Virus record (IMG/VR): IMGVR_UViG_3300044475_000063
Span: 32,001-96,000 of that record
Reading direction: 5' to 3' (one strand)
Origin: a virus
DNA length: 64,000 nucleotides
The notes below the pieces were generated by a model. It did no database searches. It saw only the letters and a program-made list of their open reading frames with translations, and was not told the DNA's origin. Below, piece after piece: positions 44,092-52,597 of the stretch. Numbering within the stretch: the first letter of the stretch is position 1; each line of letters begins with the position of its first letter. The position numbers and the translations under genes were made by a program.

Positions 44092-44267
44092 TTTTTTTCT
44101 TCAAAATTAGCGCACGATGTAAGTTCACCATTGTTATTTCGGAAGAAATACAAATCATTACCTTCTCGGCGCTCAACATTATATGTTTTTCCAAGTGTAA
44201 CAATCCCATCTTCAATATCCCACTGTGCAGCAGAATTGGTAGCTTTATATGGGGTGATAGTTTTCAT
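44088..44267 (-). CDS. hypothetical protein (59 aa), AT-rich
   Basis: aggagaggg RBS. Ends in an A8 run overlapping the next start. Below the ORF-track cutoff. Confidence 0.45.
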   Translation of the reverse strand: MKTITPYKATNSAAQWDIEDGIVTLGKTYNVERREGNDLYFFRNNNGELTSCANFEEKK

Positions 44268-44315
44268 TTTTCCCTCTCCTATTTATCCCGCAGCCCAACG
44301 CCGCGCCATGTAGAA

Positions 44316-44344
44316 AGCATACCTATCCAATTATCCGGCGTCAA
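44316..44344 (-). promoter_or_regulatory. sigma70-like promoter
   Basis: Minus strand TTGACG - 17 nt - TATGCT. The -35 overlaps the NinB-like stop codon. Confidence 0.5.
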
Positions 44345-44622
44345 CCAAAATCGCTAAACGATACGCCAATGTTGCAGCCAAGCCACAGCATGAATTCAAT
44401 AAAACAATCAGCGCGTGAAACGTCCATACGCGATGTTTTCTCCGGTAGCGGAATGTCTGAAACGGGCCTGCCGTCTGCCTCTGCAAGCGACGCTTCAAAG
44501 TATGAACACAAGACTATCTTCCACTCAGCAGACGTTAGATAAACGCCTTCGTGATGCCATGAGCGCGCAAAATCGCCTATTAGGGCGTGAATGGCTTTAT
44601 TTTGTTGCGCACTCCTAAGCAT
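44341..44622 (-). CDS. ninB: NinB/Orf-like recombination mediator (short)
   Basis: QNKAIHALIGDFAR...EWK...TSRM...FIEFM aligns by eye with lambda NinB (QNRKLWACLGDVSR...SWK...TSRM...ELLEL). Confidence 0.55.
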   Translation of the reverse strand: MLRSAQQNKAIHALIGDFARSWHHEGVYLTSAEWKIVLCSYFEASLAEADGRPVSDIPLPEKTSRMDVSRADCFIEFMLWLGCNIGVSFSDFG

Positions 44623-45707
44623 TAGTACGCGATGCTCACGTTAGCAACTTTGCCTTGCGCAATCAGCTTTACCGCCATCATTGCCTGCTCTGCTGATAAG
44701 CCTCCAGCAATAAGGCATTCCATTGCATCGCGGTTGATTTTTGCTTTATGTTCCTTGTTGCGCTCGCGTGCGGCTGCTTCGTCAGCTACGCGCTGGGCTT
44801 CCGCTGCAATACGGTCCTGCTCTGCCTTGATCGCACGCTGCTTATCTTCCTCTGCACGCTTCTCGGCGGCGATACGGCGCTGCTCTGCCTCGGCTGCTTC
44901 TGCAATGCGGCGACGTTCTGCGGCTTCGGCGTCACGTTGGGCCTTTTCTTCAGCTTGCTTGATTGCCAGTGCTGCCGCCTCTTCCTTGCGCTTGGCTTCG
45001 GCTTGGGCTGCTTCCAATTCCTTGCGCGCCTTCTCTGCCTCAGCCGCTGCCTTTGCTTCGGATTCGCGCTGGGCCTTCTCTGCTGCCGCTTTGGCAATAG
45101 CCGCTTCATGCTCGGCCTTAGCTCGGGCTTCTGCTTCGGCGCGCAAGCGGGCCAGTTCTGCGGCTTCCTCGTCGCGCTTGATGGCTGCTTGCAGCGTGTC
45201 GTTCAGCTTCTGCAAAACTGCTTCCTTGGTAGTAGCGGCTTGCGCCATCATTTCTTCCCAATCGGCAGTAATGGCGATAGCCTCAACACGCGCAATCTCG
45301 GTTCGGATATCTGCCGCCTCGTTGAATGCACCAAGGTTCTGCGAGATTTCCTCGTAGCGCTTTTGTAGGGCGGCTACACGGTCTTTCTCGCGCTGTTCGA
45401 TTTCGTCCAACTTAGTTTGGTGAACGGTAATCATCGCCTCAATGCGAGATTCAATCTCGGCGGCTTCCGAGTCAACAGCGCGGCCCAATCGCAGGTATTC
45501 TGCCTTAGCTTCCTTGCGGACGCGCTCCAATGCTCCCTTGGTCTTGCGCAGGCTGAATACGTGGCTACGCGCTTCCTTGTTACCTTTGGGCGATTCGTAG
45601 TTGAACACTAGCGCCGCATTGTCCGCTTCCAGCTTTGCCAGTTCGGAATAGAAGGGTTGATAAGCTGCTACTTGCGTGGTTTGTGCATCAAGGATTTCGG
45701 TAGTCAT
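44622..45707 (-). CDS. DUF1351-like protein with long Ala/Glu/Lys/Arg low-complexity coiled coil
   Basis: N-terminal pattern and position next to the SSAP/exonuclease. ~170 aa AEAKR-rich segment. Confidence 0.55.
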   Translation of the reverse strand: MTTEILDAQTTQVAAYQPFYSELAKLEADNAALVFNYESPKGNKEARSHVFSLRKTKGALERVRKEAKAEYLRLGRAVDSEAAEIESRIEAMITVHQTKLDEIEQREKDRVAALQKRYEEISQNLGAFNEAADIRTEIARVEAIAITADWEEMMAQAATTKEAVLQKLNDTLQAAIKRDEEAAELARLRAEAEARAKAEHEAAIAKAAAEKAQRESEAKAAAEAEKARKELEAAQAEAKRKEEAAALAIKQAEEKAQRDAEAAERRRIAEAAEAEQRRIAAEKRAEEDKQRAIKAEQDRIAAEAQRVADEAAARERNKEHKAKINRDAMECLIAGGLSAEQAMMAVKLIAQGKVANVSIAY

Positions 45708-46357
45708 TAGGCTTCTCCATGTTCTTCGTAAATTTGCTCAACACGGCGGCGCAGGTAGGCTTGCGCAACCTTCACTTTTGCGATCATTTTTGCTTCGATT
45801 TCTGCATCGCGCTTGATCGTGGCGCGGGTTACTCGTAAAGCTGGGTCGATATGGTCAACTTCGTGCAGCGATGCTTGCTCCCACTTGCGTAGTTCTTCGG
45901 GAGTGCTTACCATCGTATAGGCTACCTCGCCTTCGTCTACATCGTAAAGAGCCATGTAAGACCACAGTTGATAGTCATAGCCTGATTTCTTTGCGATGGC
46001 TAGAACTTCCTCGCTGGTGGCGGGGAACGTCGCTAGTGACCATGCGTTTTTAATGTCGATAACTTTGGTCTTTGGAACCAAGATATCGCACTCACCAGTT
46101 ACCCATTCATTCGTTAAGCGAACCGTGTTTTTCTCATGGCGCGACAGCGTGACCATGTTGTAAAGGTCAATTGCTGCCTGTTCGCACTCAATGCCCTTTT
46201 TTAAATACTTGGTGTCGATTTCCTCGCGGAAGCCGTAGACGTATTCCTTGGCAATGCCGTTCAGGAAGGTTTTAGCGCCGACACTTAGGCCATCAGCGCC
46301 TTTGCCATCAGCCATCAACTCAGCAATCGAAGAAGCGCGGAAAGTGATATCGATCAT
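45707..46357 (-). CDS. PD-(D/E)xK exonuclease (lambda Exo/YqaJ-like, tentative)
   Basis: ECDIL...VIDIKN motif. ATGA overlap with the annealase stop. ORF-track start 46420 is an extension. Confidence 0.6.
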   Translation of the reverse strand: MIDITFRASSIAELMADGKGADGLSVGAKTFLNGIAKEYVYGFREEIDTKYLKKGIECEQAAIDLYNMVTLSRHEKNTVRLTNEWVTGECDILVPKTKVIDIKNAWSLATFPATSEEVLAIAKKSGYDYQLWSYMALYDVDEGEVAYTMVSTPEELRKWEQASLHEVDHIDPALRVTRATIKRDAEIEAKMIAKVKVAQAYLRRRVEQIYEEHGEA

Positions 46358-47100
46358 TTCTGCACCTCTTTTTGCGCCGCGATCATAGCCAATTCCTGAT
46401 CTGCATTCAGGGTGTACCACGCCTTAATTTCCTCAATTGTGTATTCTCCAGCCTTAACCGACTTCATCGCGTTTTCAAACTTCTTAGCGCTCATGATCGG
46501 CAGCGCCTTGGTTTTGGCTTGCTCGGCTTGACTTGCGCCGTTGCCGTCGTCATCGCTGTTTGCATCGGTCGAAGCGAGGCCGCAAACGGATTCGTAAGTA
46601 ACCGCCTTGGCATAGGTGATTGCGCTCTTAATCTTCTGAATCTCGTTTTTTGCACCAGTTCCATCTGGCGGCACAACGAACGGCACAGATTCAGAGTGGC
46701 CCAGCGAATGCGACAGAATGCACGTTACCTTAATCATGCTGCCGTTTTGCTCGATCTGCCAATCAGCCGACAAGCCGTGCTTACTCAGATAAGGCGCTAC
46801 AGTGTTGACCACGTTGCCAAGCGACGAATACCACGACTTGAACTGAGTATTGTATTTATCCTTGATGATCTTGATTGCCTCGCCTTTGAAAGCAGCCTTA
46901 GCAGCAGTGAAAGCCTTGCGCGCTTCATTGGCATCGTGACGCTCTTTCAAGGCCATCATGCGCTCGATAGTGTCGATATTGCCGCTTTGCAGGGCAACCA
47001 TCAGCATGTTGTCAGGCGTCGCCGACAATGCCGTCTGAGGCTGCGCTACAGGCAAAGCTTGCGCCCGCTGGTCATCGACCAACTGAATTTCTTGGTTCAT
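46354..47100 (-). CDS. single-strand annealing protein, ERF-like
   Basis: FKSWYSSLGNVVNTVAPYLSKHGL ... ILSHSLGHSE ... QKIKSAITYAK matches the ERF pattern recalled from P22 Erf. Confidence 0.6.
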   Translation of the reverse strand: MNQEIQLVDDQRAQALPVAQPQTALSATPDNMLMVALQSGNIDTIERMMALKERHDANEARKAFTAAKAAFKGEAIKIIKDKYNTQFKSWYSSLGNVVNTVAPYLSKHGLSADWQIEQNGSMIKVTCILSHSLGHSESVPFVVPPDGTGAKNEIQKIKSAITYAKAVTYESVCGLASTDANSDDDGNGASQAEQAKTKALPIMSAKKFENAMKSVKAGEYTIEEIKAWYTLNADQELAMIAAQKEVQK

Positions 47101-47104
47101 GGTT

Positions 47105-47685
47105 TCTCCGTGATGGGTAGTGTAAGGAGGGGATTTTCACCCCATTCCTTTTTAAGCGTGGTCGCTGTATGCAATAACTCTGGCGGGACGTTGTTTATCC
47201 TGAGTCTACTCAGAACCCGTCTTTGCATCTTCGATTCTGACCATATCGACCATGGGCATGTGCGCGTTCATGCTAGCGTGTGGTGGCCGGTGCTGATATC
47301 CGGCATTGGGCGTCTTATCCACGTTTCCCCATCCTTACTACCCAGCGTTTGGAACCCTGGTTGACAAGTAAGCGCATCAGCTTGCGCATTCACCACATCG
47401 AAACGGGCTAGGGCTTGATACCTAGCTAATCGTATGTCGGTCATACGACTACCAACCAGTTGCGGAACCCCTTTTTAACGAGTCGGTTAAGCCTCTTTTG
47501 TCGCCTTCAGGTTGGTTAAGCACCCTAAGCTCCGTTTCCGCCGACCTTGCTTAGCACGTCCTTCCGTGCTGCCGTTTCGATGTGGTTCCTAGCACTTACG
47601 CGGCTAGGTTACGATACTAGGAATTAATCCCTTGTCCTAGTAGCTTGCTAGATTCTTTCGCCGTTCTTGGCTCTAGCGGGCCAAA
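47105..47685 (-). ncRNA. large structured RNA candidate R (unknown class), paralog of 59461-59974
   Basis: ~580 nt with no credible ORF. 14-bp long-range helix 47572-47585/47393-47406. Blocks at 47555-47573, 47404-47424 and 47280-47296 are identical to blocks in the plus-strand copy. Confidence 0.5.
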
Positions 47686-47689
47686 AGGA

Positions 47690-47869
47690 TTACTTAACCG
47701 CCTTGTCAATCACGTCAACAAACAGCCAGCCGACGAAAGGCAAGAGAATCAAGCACAAGGTAAGTATAGCAACCTTATCCGCGTCATCGTTATCCTTTTT
47801 GTGTCGCTGCTGCATTTCTTTCCAGCTTTCGTTGCGTTTAGGCCACTTGTCGAATGGATCGTTAAGCAT
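47690..47869 (-). CDS. small C-terminally anchored membrane protein (59 aa)
   Basis: MLNDPFDKW... then AILTLCLILLPFVGWLFV. Confidence 0.5.
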   Translation of the reverse strand: MLNDPFDKWPKRNESWKEMQQRHKKDNDDADKVAILTLCLILLPFVGWLFVDVIDKAVK

Positions 47870-47870
47870 T

Positions 47871-48173
47871 TCATTCCCCTTTGGTGTGAACGTACATATC
47901 ATCGCGCTCGCGCTGCTCTGCGCGCATCTGCTTTTCAAGTGCGCGGCGGTCGCAAAGGTGCGTTACCTCGTAGCATGGGCCGTAGCTCAGTTTGATCCCG
48001 CCGCTTTCTGTTGCAAACTCTACGCCATCGTCTGCATAAACGCGAACGATAGTGCCGTCTTCGATAATACAGGTCAGAGTTACCGCCTGCACCTGCTTTA
48101 CAGGCATGCTTAATCCGCCGCCTATGCTGATATCCGTCTCAAGGTTGCTTACTACTAAGCCGATTGCTGGCAT
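47871..48173 (-). CDS. first leftward early protein (100 aa), unknown function
   Basis: ggagga RBS before the ATG at 48173. Not recognisably a repressor. Confidence 0.55.
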   Translation of the reverse strand: MPAIGLVVSNLETDISIGGGLSMPVKQVQAVTLTCIIEDGTIVRVYADDGVEFATESGGIKLSYGPCYEVTHLCDRRALEKQMRAEQRERDDMYVHTKGE

Positions 48174-48197
48174 ATTTCCTCCGTGTCGATGTGATGA

Positions 48198-48226
48198 ATA
48201 GTACATGCAATCTAGTTGATACGCAA
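48198..48226 (-). promoter_or_regulatory. leftward early promoter
   Basis: Minus strand TTGCGT - 17 nt - TACTAT. Inverted repeat ATACG-N6-CGTAT at 48219-48234 overlaps the -35. Confidence 0.55.
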
Positions 48227-48250
48227 TATCGTATTTTTACAACAGTTAGA

Positions 48251-48279
48251 TTGATGACGGATAACTCTCGTGCTACTAT
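48251..48279 (+). promoter_or_regulatory. rightward early promoter
   Basis: TTGATG - 17 nt - TACTAT. TTGAT(A/G)ACG repeated at 48216-48224 and 48251-48259. Confidence 0.55.
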
Positions 48280-48307
48280 TGAGGCTCAACAACCAAAGAG
48301 GTAACAC

Positions 48308-48571
48308 ATGACCGACATTGAGCAACCCAAGGAAGCAAAGAAGTACCCGAACGACACCAGCGGCAACCTGTTCGACTACATCAAGCGTAAGTTTGACCTT
48401 ACTACAGACGAAGCGCTGGCTCAGAAAACCGGCCTATGGAAGAACGACATCAGCCGCATCCGCAACGGCAAGCGCAAAGGCCTGACCAATAGCAACAAGC
48501 TGAAAATCCACGTATCAACCAAGCTGTCGATAGCAAAGATTGAGCGGCTTATTGCGAAGGAGGAAGAATGA
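48308..48571 (+). CDS. Cro/Ner-like helix-turn-helix regulator
   Basis: First rightward gene. LTTDEALAQKTGLWKNDISRIRNGKR HTH-like segment. Confidence 0.6.
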   Translation: MTDIEQPKEAKKYPNDTSGNLFDYIKRKFDLTTDEALAQKTGLWKNDISRIRNGKRKGLTNSNKLKIHVSTKLSIAKIERLIAKEEE

Positions 48572-48804
48572 GCGACGTTATGTTTTACGGCGTGTTGCGC
48601 ATGCCCTACGAAATGGCGATGGATGGCGAGATTAGCCGCTGGCAGTTCTGGCAGCGCGCACAGGAGGCCGTAGAACGAGTTGCGAAAGCTGAGGCCCGAG
48701 TAGCTGAATTGTCAGCCGCAATCGACAAACTAGCCGCTTGCAAAGGCCGCTATCACACAGAAGCTAATTTTAAGGAACTGCTTGCAGTTCGGGAGGGGAA
48801 ATAA
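48568..48804 (+). CDS. hypothetical protein (78 aa)
   Basis: ggaggaag RBS and overlap. Confidence 0.55.
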   Translation: MSDVMFYGVLRMPYEMAMDGEISRWQFWQRAQEAVERVAKAEARVAELSAAIDKLAACKGRYHTEANFKELLAVREGK

Positions 48805-49142
48805 TGGGCAATGCAATCCGTTTTGGAATACTTGGCGATGCTGGCTTGTCGCCCGTTATCGGTGAAGAATTTGAAATTGATGGAACCAAAGAACAATTTG
48901 CTGTTCACCCTTCTACCTATCGTGAGCGCGTTGAATTAGATTTCCTTTGGTGCGCAACTCATGTTGAAACAGGACTTCGCATTGCAAAAGGAAATGATAT
49001 CGATGAGGTTATTGAATTAGCGCGAGTGGCATGGAAAGATAAAACGCCTGAGCAAATCGAGTCTGCACTGGTTAATGGCCGCGCCATGCGACGCCAAGCA
49101 TTTCTTCAAAATCTAGATATATCTGACTTATGTAATGACTGA
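48804..49142 (+). CDS. hypothetical protein (112 aa)
   Basis: TAATG overlap. Confidence 0.55.
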   Translation: MGNAIRFGILGDAGLSPVIGEEFEIDGTKEQFAVHPSTYRERVELDFLWCATHVETGLRIAKGNDIDEVIELARVAWKDKTPEQIESALVNGRAMRRQAFLQNLDISDLCND

Positions 49143-49202
49143 TATTCCCCACGTAATGCCAATCAAAGACTTTGAGCGCATCAAGGCGCAGGAGGAAAAG
49201 AA

Positions 49203-49622
49203 ATGAAAATCGAACTGACCAAAATAGCAGAAGTTGAAGTCTCGGCGCTGGAAGTTGAAGCGGAAGTACGTTATTGGGAAGATGCTTCAATTGATGGCGT
49301 AGAAGATACCGAAGGCAAGATTCCTCTGCGCGATGGCGATTGCTGGCGTCCAATCATCAATCTGGCGACAGGCTTTATCAAAGACTGGCCGCAAGGCGTA
49401 ACAGCCAATGTTCATTACAAGGTCTGCGACCAAGGGCAATACTGGTTGCTGGATGAGGAAGGAAGGCGCGTAGCCAAGTGGAAGGGTTACTATGTCCCTG
49501 ACAGCCTCCTATGCCCGAATGGTAACGGCTACGGCGATTACATCATTCTCCAAATCGAGCAAGACGGCCATATCAATAGCTGGCGCTCTGCAATCGATAG
49601 CGAAGAATGGGAGGCGGTATGA
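49203..49622 (+). CDS. hypothetical protein (139 aa)
   Basis: aggagg RBS. The upstream 70 nt are homologous to window positions 9-76. Confidence 0.55.
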   Translation: MKIELTKIAEVEVSALEVEAEVRYWEDASIDGVEDTEGKIPLRDGDCWRPIINLATGFIKDWPQGVTANVHYKVCDQGQYWLLDEEGRRVAKWKGYYVPDSLLCPNGNGYGDYIILQIEQDGHINSWRSAIDSEEWEAV

Positions 49623-50029
49623 CCATCAACCTAACCCAAATCCGCAGCGACTTCGATAACGGCATCATCGTAAGCAAGCAGACTTTGCTTGCTCTGGTGG
49701 ATTATGCGATTGAGTTGGAAGGCAAGCCAATCACGCGGCAAGAGTATTGCAGCGAGCGCCCAGCGCGGTTTGTAGTATGTGCCGCCAATAAATACGGCGA
49801 TCTTGTTTTTACCGGCGTGCGGCATTTCTGTCCCGTTATGCAGGTCAATATGCAAGCCTACGATATTCCGGCGCTTCGCAAAGAGCGCGGCGAGGTGCAG
49901 GGCTTCATCGACCAGTTTGGCGTGTTCATGACACGCGAGGAGGCGGCAATCGTGGCAAAAGAATCGGGGCAGCTTGCGCGTTATGGCAATCATTGCCCAA
50001 CCGTTTTGTTTAGCGAGGACTTGTACTGA
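49619..50029 (+). CDS. hypothetical protein sharing its N-terminus with 379-651
   Basis: Identical first ~30 aa, different C-terminal domain (…GFIDQFGVFMTREEAA…LFSEDLY). Confidence 0.6.
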   Translation: MTINLTQIRSDFDNGIIVSKQTLLALVDYAIELEGKPITRQEYCSERPARFVVCAANKYGDLVFTGVRHFCPVMQVNMQAYDIPALRKERGEVQGFIDQFGVFMTREEAAIVAKESGQLARYGNHCPTVLFSEDLY

Positions 50030-50214
50030 TGCGATTTGAGAGCGATAAGATTGGCTTATACCGCCAAGCCACAGCAACGCGCAGCCCCGGCCCGAATAGC
50101 ACCTTTTTCTGCTGCCGCTGCGCTAAACCAAAACAGATCGTAGGACGCAAAAAAGTCGGCCAGAACGGGCGGCAGGCTTTGTATGCTTGTGTGTCTTGTC
50201 AGGAGGTGAAATGA
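50029..50214 (+). CDS. small zinc-ribbon-like protein
   Basis: Homolog of 641-826. Confidence 0.65.
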   Translation: MRFESDKIGLYRQATATRSPGPNSTFFCCRCAKPKQIVGRKKVGQNGRQALYACVSCQEVK

Positions 50215-50915
50215 AGCCGGTAATTATTAGTGATGCTGAACTGTGGCTGGGCGATTGTGCAGAAATTTTGCCGTTGATTGGTAAGGTGGATGCTGTTATT
50301 ACTGACCCACCATATGGTATTGGGGAGCGTAAAGGGACAATTTCCAAGGCCAGAAACCGCAATAATTATGAAAATTTTGATGATACTCCAGAAGCAATAA
50401 AAAATGAGATAGTCCCACGTTTTGAGCTTGCGCTCTCATTGGCTAATAGAGCAATTATGACTCCGGGAGGAAAGTGCTTTTCGATGTATCCGGCCCCTGT
50501 TGATATCGGCATGTCTTTTCAACCTGCAACATCGTCAATGACGCATTGGGGCCGCGCCACTTGCCAGCCAATTTTTTATTATGGGAAAGACCCGATGGCA
50601 GGGAAAACCATTAAGCCAATTCACTATCAGCTAACCGAAGCTCCGGAAAAAAATGGCCATCCATGTCCTAAGCCAATTGGATTTATGATGTGGATGGTTG
50701 ATAGAGGATCATTAAATGGCGAAGTAATTTTAGACCCATTCATGGGAAGTGGCACAACTGGAGTGGCATGTGTTCAACTTGGACGAAAGTTTATTGGCAT
50801 TGAGCGCGATGAACGATATTTTGAAATTGCTTGCCAGCGCATCGAGCGTGCCGTATCTCAAGGCCAGCTTTTTGCGCCAGCGCCTGTTAAACAAATACAG
50901 GAGCCTATGTTTTGA
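50211..50915 (+). CDS. DNA methyltransferase (beta-class N6A/N4C, DPPY)
   Basis: VITDPPYG near the N-terminus and ILDPFMGSGTTGVA near the C-terminus. No cognate nuclease evident. Absent from copy A. Confidence 0.8.
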   Translation: MKPVIISDAELWLGDCAEILPLIGKVDAVITDPPYGIGERKGTISKARNRNNYENFDDTPEAIKNEIVPRFELALSLANRAIMTPGGKCFSMYPAPVDIGMSFQPATSSMTHWGRATCQPIFYYGKDPMAGKTIKPIHYQLTEAPEKNGHPCPKPIGFMMWMVDRGSLNGEVILDPFMGSGTTGVACVQLGRKFIGIERDERYFEIACQRIERAVSQGQLFAPAPVKQIQEPMF

Positions 50916-51523
50916 AGCGCACCGAGCTAAAACGAAAAGTTGGCTTGCGGCCTTCGTCTATAACTAAGATGCCAAAGCCGCCGAAAGGGCCAAGAAAGCG
51001 TAAATGCGTGGTCTGCAAAGAACTGTTTGAGCCGCGCAGCATGACGCACAAAGCCTGTAAGCCAGAATGCGCAGCAATCCACGCAGAAGCGGTCAGGAAG
51101 GTGCAAGAGCGCAAGTCTGATCGAGAGCGCAAGCAAGCATTAAAAACGCGCCAAGACTGGTTACGCGAGGCGCAAGCAGCATTCAATACTTGGATTCGGC
51201 TGCGCGACCATGACCAGCCCTGCATTAGCTGTGGGCGGTTTCATGCTGGCTCCTTTGATGCGGGGCATTTTCGCTCTGTAGGTGCTGCACCAGCTTTGAG
51301 ATTTGATGAGAATAATTGCCATAAACAATGCGTCCCCTGCAACCAACACAAAGGCGGAAACATTCTTGAGTACCGTATCAGACTGATTGAAAAAATAGGC
51401 CGTGTTGCTGTCGAATGGCTAGAGCGTGAGCCGCCGCCAGCTAAGTACACGATTGAGGATGCGCAGCGGATTAAAGCTGAATATCAGCGCCGAGTGCGCG
51501 AAATGAAAAGGGAATTGCCTTGA
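50912..51523 (+). CDS. ninG: NinG/Rap-like recombination protein
   Basis: CxxC...CKPEC...CISCGR...DAGHF...CVPCNQHKGGN pattern. TTG start overlapping the MTase stop. Confidence 0.7.
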   Translation: MKRTELKRKVGLRPSSITKMPKPPKGPRKRKCVVCKELFEPRSMTHKACKPECAAIHAEAVRKVQERKSDRERKQALKTRQDWLREAQAAFNTWIRLRDHDQPCISCGRFHAGSFDAGHFRSVGAAPALRFDENNCHKQCVPCNQHKGGNILEYRIRLIEKIGRVAVEWLEREPPPAKYTIEDAQRIKAEYQRRVREMKRELP

Positions 51524-51897
51524 AACTTACAAAAATTCAGCGCGCAACCTTGCGAGAAATGTTCGGTGGCCTGTGCGCCTATTGCGGCCAGTCATTGGGC
51601 GACCGATGGCATGCTGACCATAAAGAACCAGTGTTGCGAGGATATGCACCTACGAGTGAAGAAAATCCTTTAGGAATCCTGCATACACAGCGCGACCAGA
51701 TAGAAAACCTGATGCCAGCATGTGCGCCATGTAATCTCGATAAGGCCAGCTATTCGCTGGATCAGTGGCGCGGAAAATTGGAGCGCTCGGCATCCTCGTT
51801 GCAGCGTTACAGTTCTACGTACCGCCATGCTTTCAGGTTTGGCCTTGTAGCTCCGATTGCTGAAAAAGTCGTTTTCCACTTTGAGAAAGTCAAATGA
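51520..51897 (+). CDS. HNH endonuclease
   Basis: CAYCG...HADHKEP...NLMPACAPCNLDK. Confidence 0.75.
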   Translation: MKLTKIQRATLREMFGGLCAYCGQSLGDRWHADHKEPVLRGYAPTSEENPLGILHTQRDQIENLMPACAPCNLDKASYSLDQWRGKLERSASSLQRYSSTYRHAFRFGLVAPIAEKVVFHFEKVK

Positions 51898-52196
51898 AAG
51901 TCACCTATGGCGCACTAGCTGACCTAGTAGGCCAAGCAGAGCCACTAGACCCAAGCAAGATGCAGTATCGGTCTGTCCCTGCTGTAGTATGGGTGTCGCG
52001 TAAGGATGCCTTAAAGTCTGAGCGAGCGTGTAACCAATGCATCTTCAAGGGCCAGAAATCGAAAGTCTGCGTACAGGCTGGGCAGCTTGCGCGCCTTGCT
52101 GGGCATAACGACTGCGAGGACCGAGACACTGAGACAGACAAGACTTTCATCTATGAGCTAGTCCCTACAGACCCTCGCCAACTAACCATAGCCTAA
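51894..52196 (+). CDS. conserved hypothetical protein
   Basis: Near-identical to 1797-2099. Confidence 0.65.
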   Translation: MKVTYGALADLVGQAEPLDPSKMQYRSVPAVVWVSRKDALKSERACNQCIFKGQKSKVCVQAGQLARLAGHNDCEDRDTETDKTFIYELVPTDPRQLTIA

Positions 52197-52200
52197 CCCT

Positions 52201-52223
52201 AAGCCGCCTAGTGCGGCTTTTTT
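52201..52223 (+). terminator. rho-independent terminator
   Basis: Same hairpin as 2104-2126. Confidence 0.75.
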
Positions 52224-52243
52224 GCAACTTCGCAATTTTGTTG

Positions 52244-52272
52244 TTGACGCGTGATAATCTTAGGTCTATGAT
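52244..52272 (+). promoter_or_regulatory. sigma70-like promoter
   Basis: TTGACG - 17 nt - TATGAT, as at 2147-2175. Confidence 0.6.
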
Positions 52273-52322
52273 TCTTCACATGGGCAGCGCATTGTGTGCT
52301 GCGGAGATAGGAGCAAGACATC

Positions 52323-52550
52323 ATGGAAACCAGCAAAGAGGGCATCAAGTTTCAAATAAAAGAAACGCACATCGCAGACATCAAAGCTGGCGACACCGTG
52401 CTGCATAACGGGCATCTGAAAACTGTTTGCGGTAAAAATATCAAGAGCGACAAATTCCTCGGCACGTCTTTGTTTGGCGATACATACATGGGTGGTCGCT
52501 TGATGGTTAAGAAAGCTGAGATATTCCACGCAATGCCTGCCCGTCACTAA
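52323..52550 (+). CDS. hypothetical protein (75 aa)
   Basis: ORF after the promoter. Not homologous to the copy A gene at this position. Confidence 0.5.
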   Translation: METSKEGIKFQIKETHIADIKAGDTVLHNGHLKTVCGKNIKSDKFLGTSLFGDTYMGGRLMVKKAEIFHAMPARH

Positions 52551-52597
52551 CCCACCCCGCCCGCGACAAGCGGGCGCTACCTGAAAGGATGAATCAC

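Noticed and set aside
44632-45368. Long plus-strand ORFs (241 and 206 aa) antisense to the DUF1351-like gene
   Set aside because: They are artefacts of the GCN/GAA/AAG-rich low-complexity coiled-coil coding region. Their products are Ala/Ser/Cys/Leu low-complexity, and they lie opposite to the whole operon.
47028-47039. Near match to the Neisseria DNA uptake sequence (ATGCCGTCTGAG versus ATGCCGTCTGAA)
   Set aside because: It is a single imperfect copy inside a coding region. There is no enrichment of any DUS dialect in 64 kb, so it gives no support for a host assignment.
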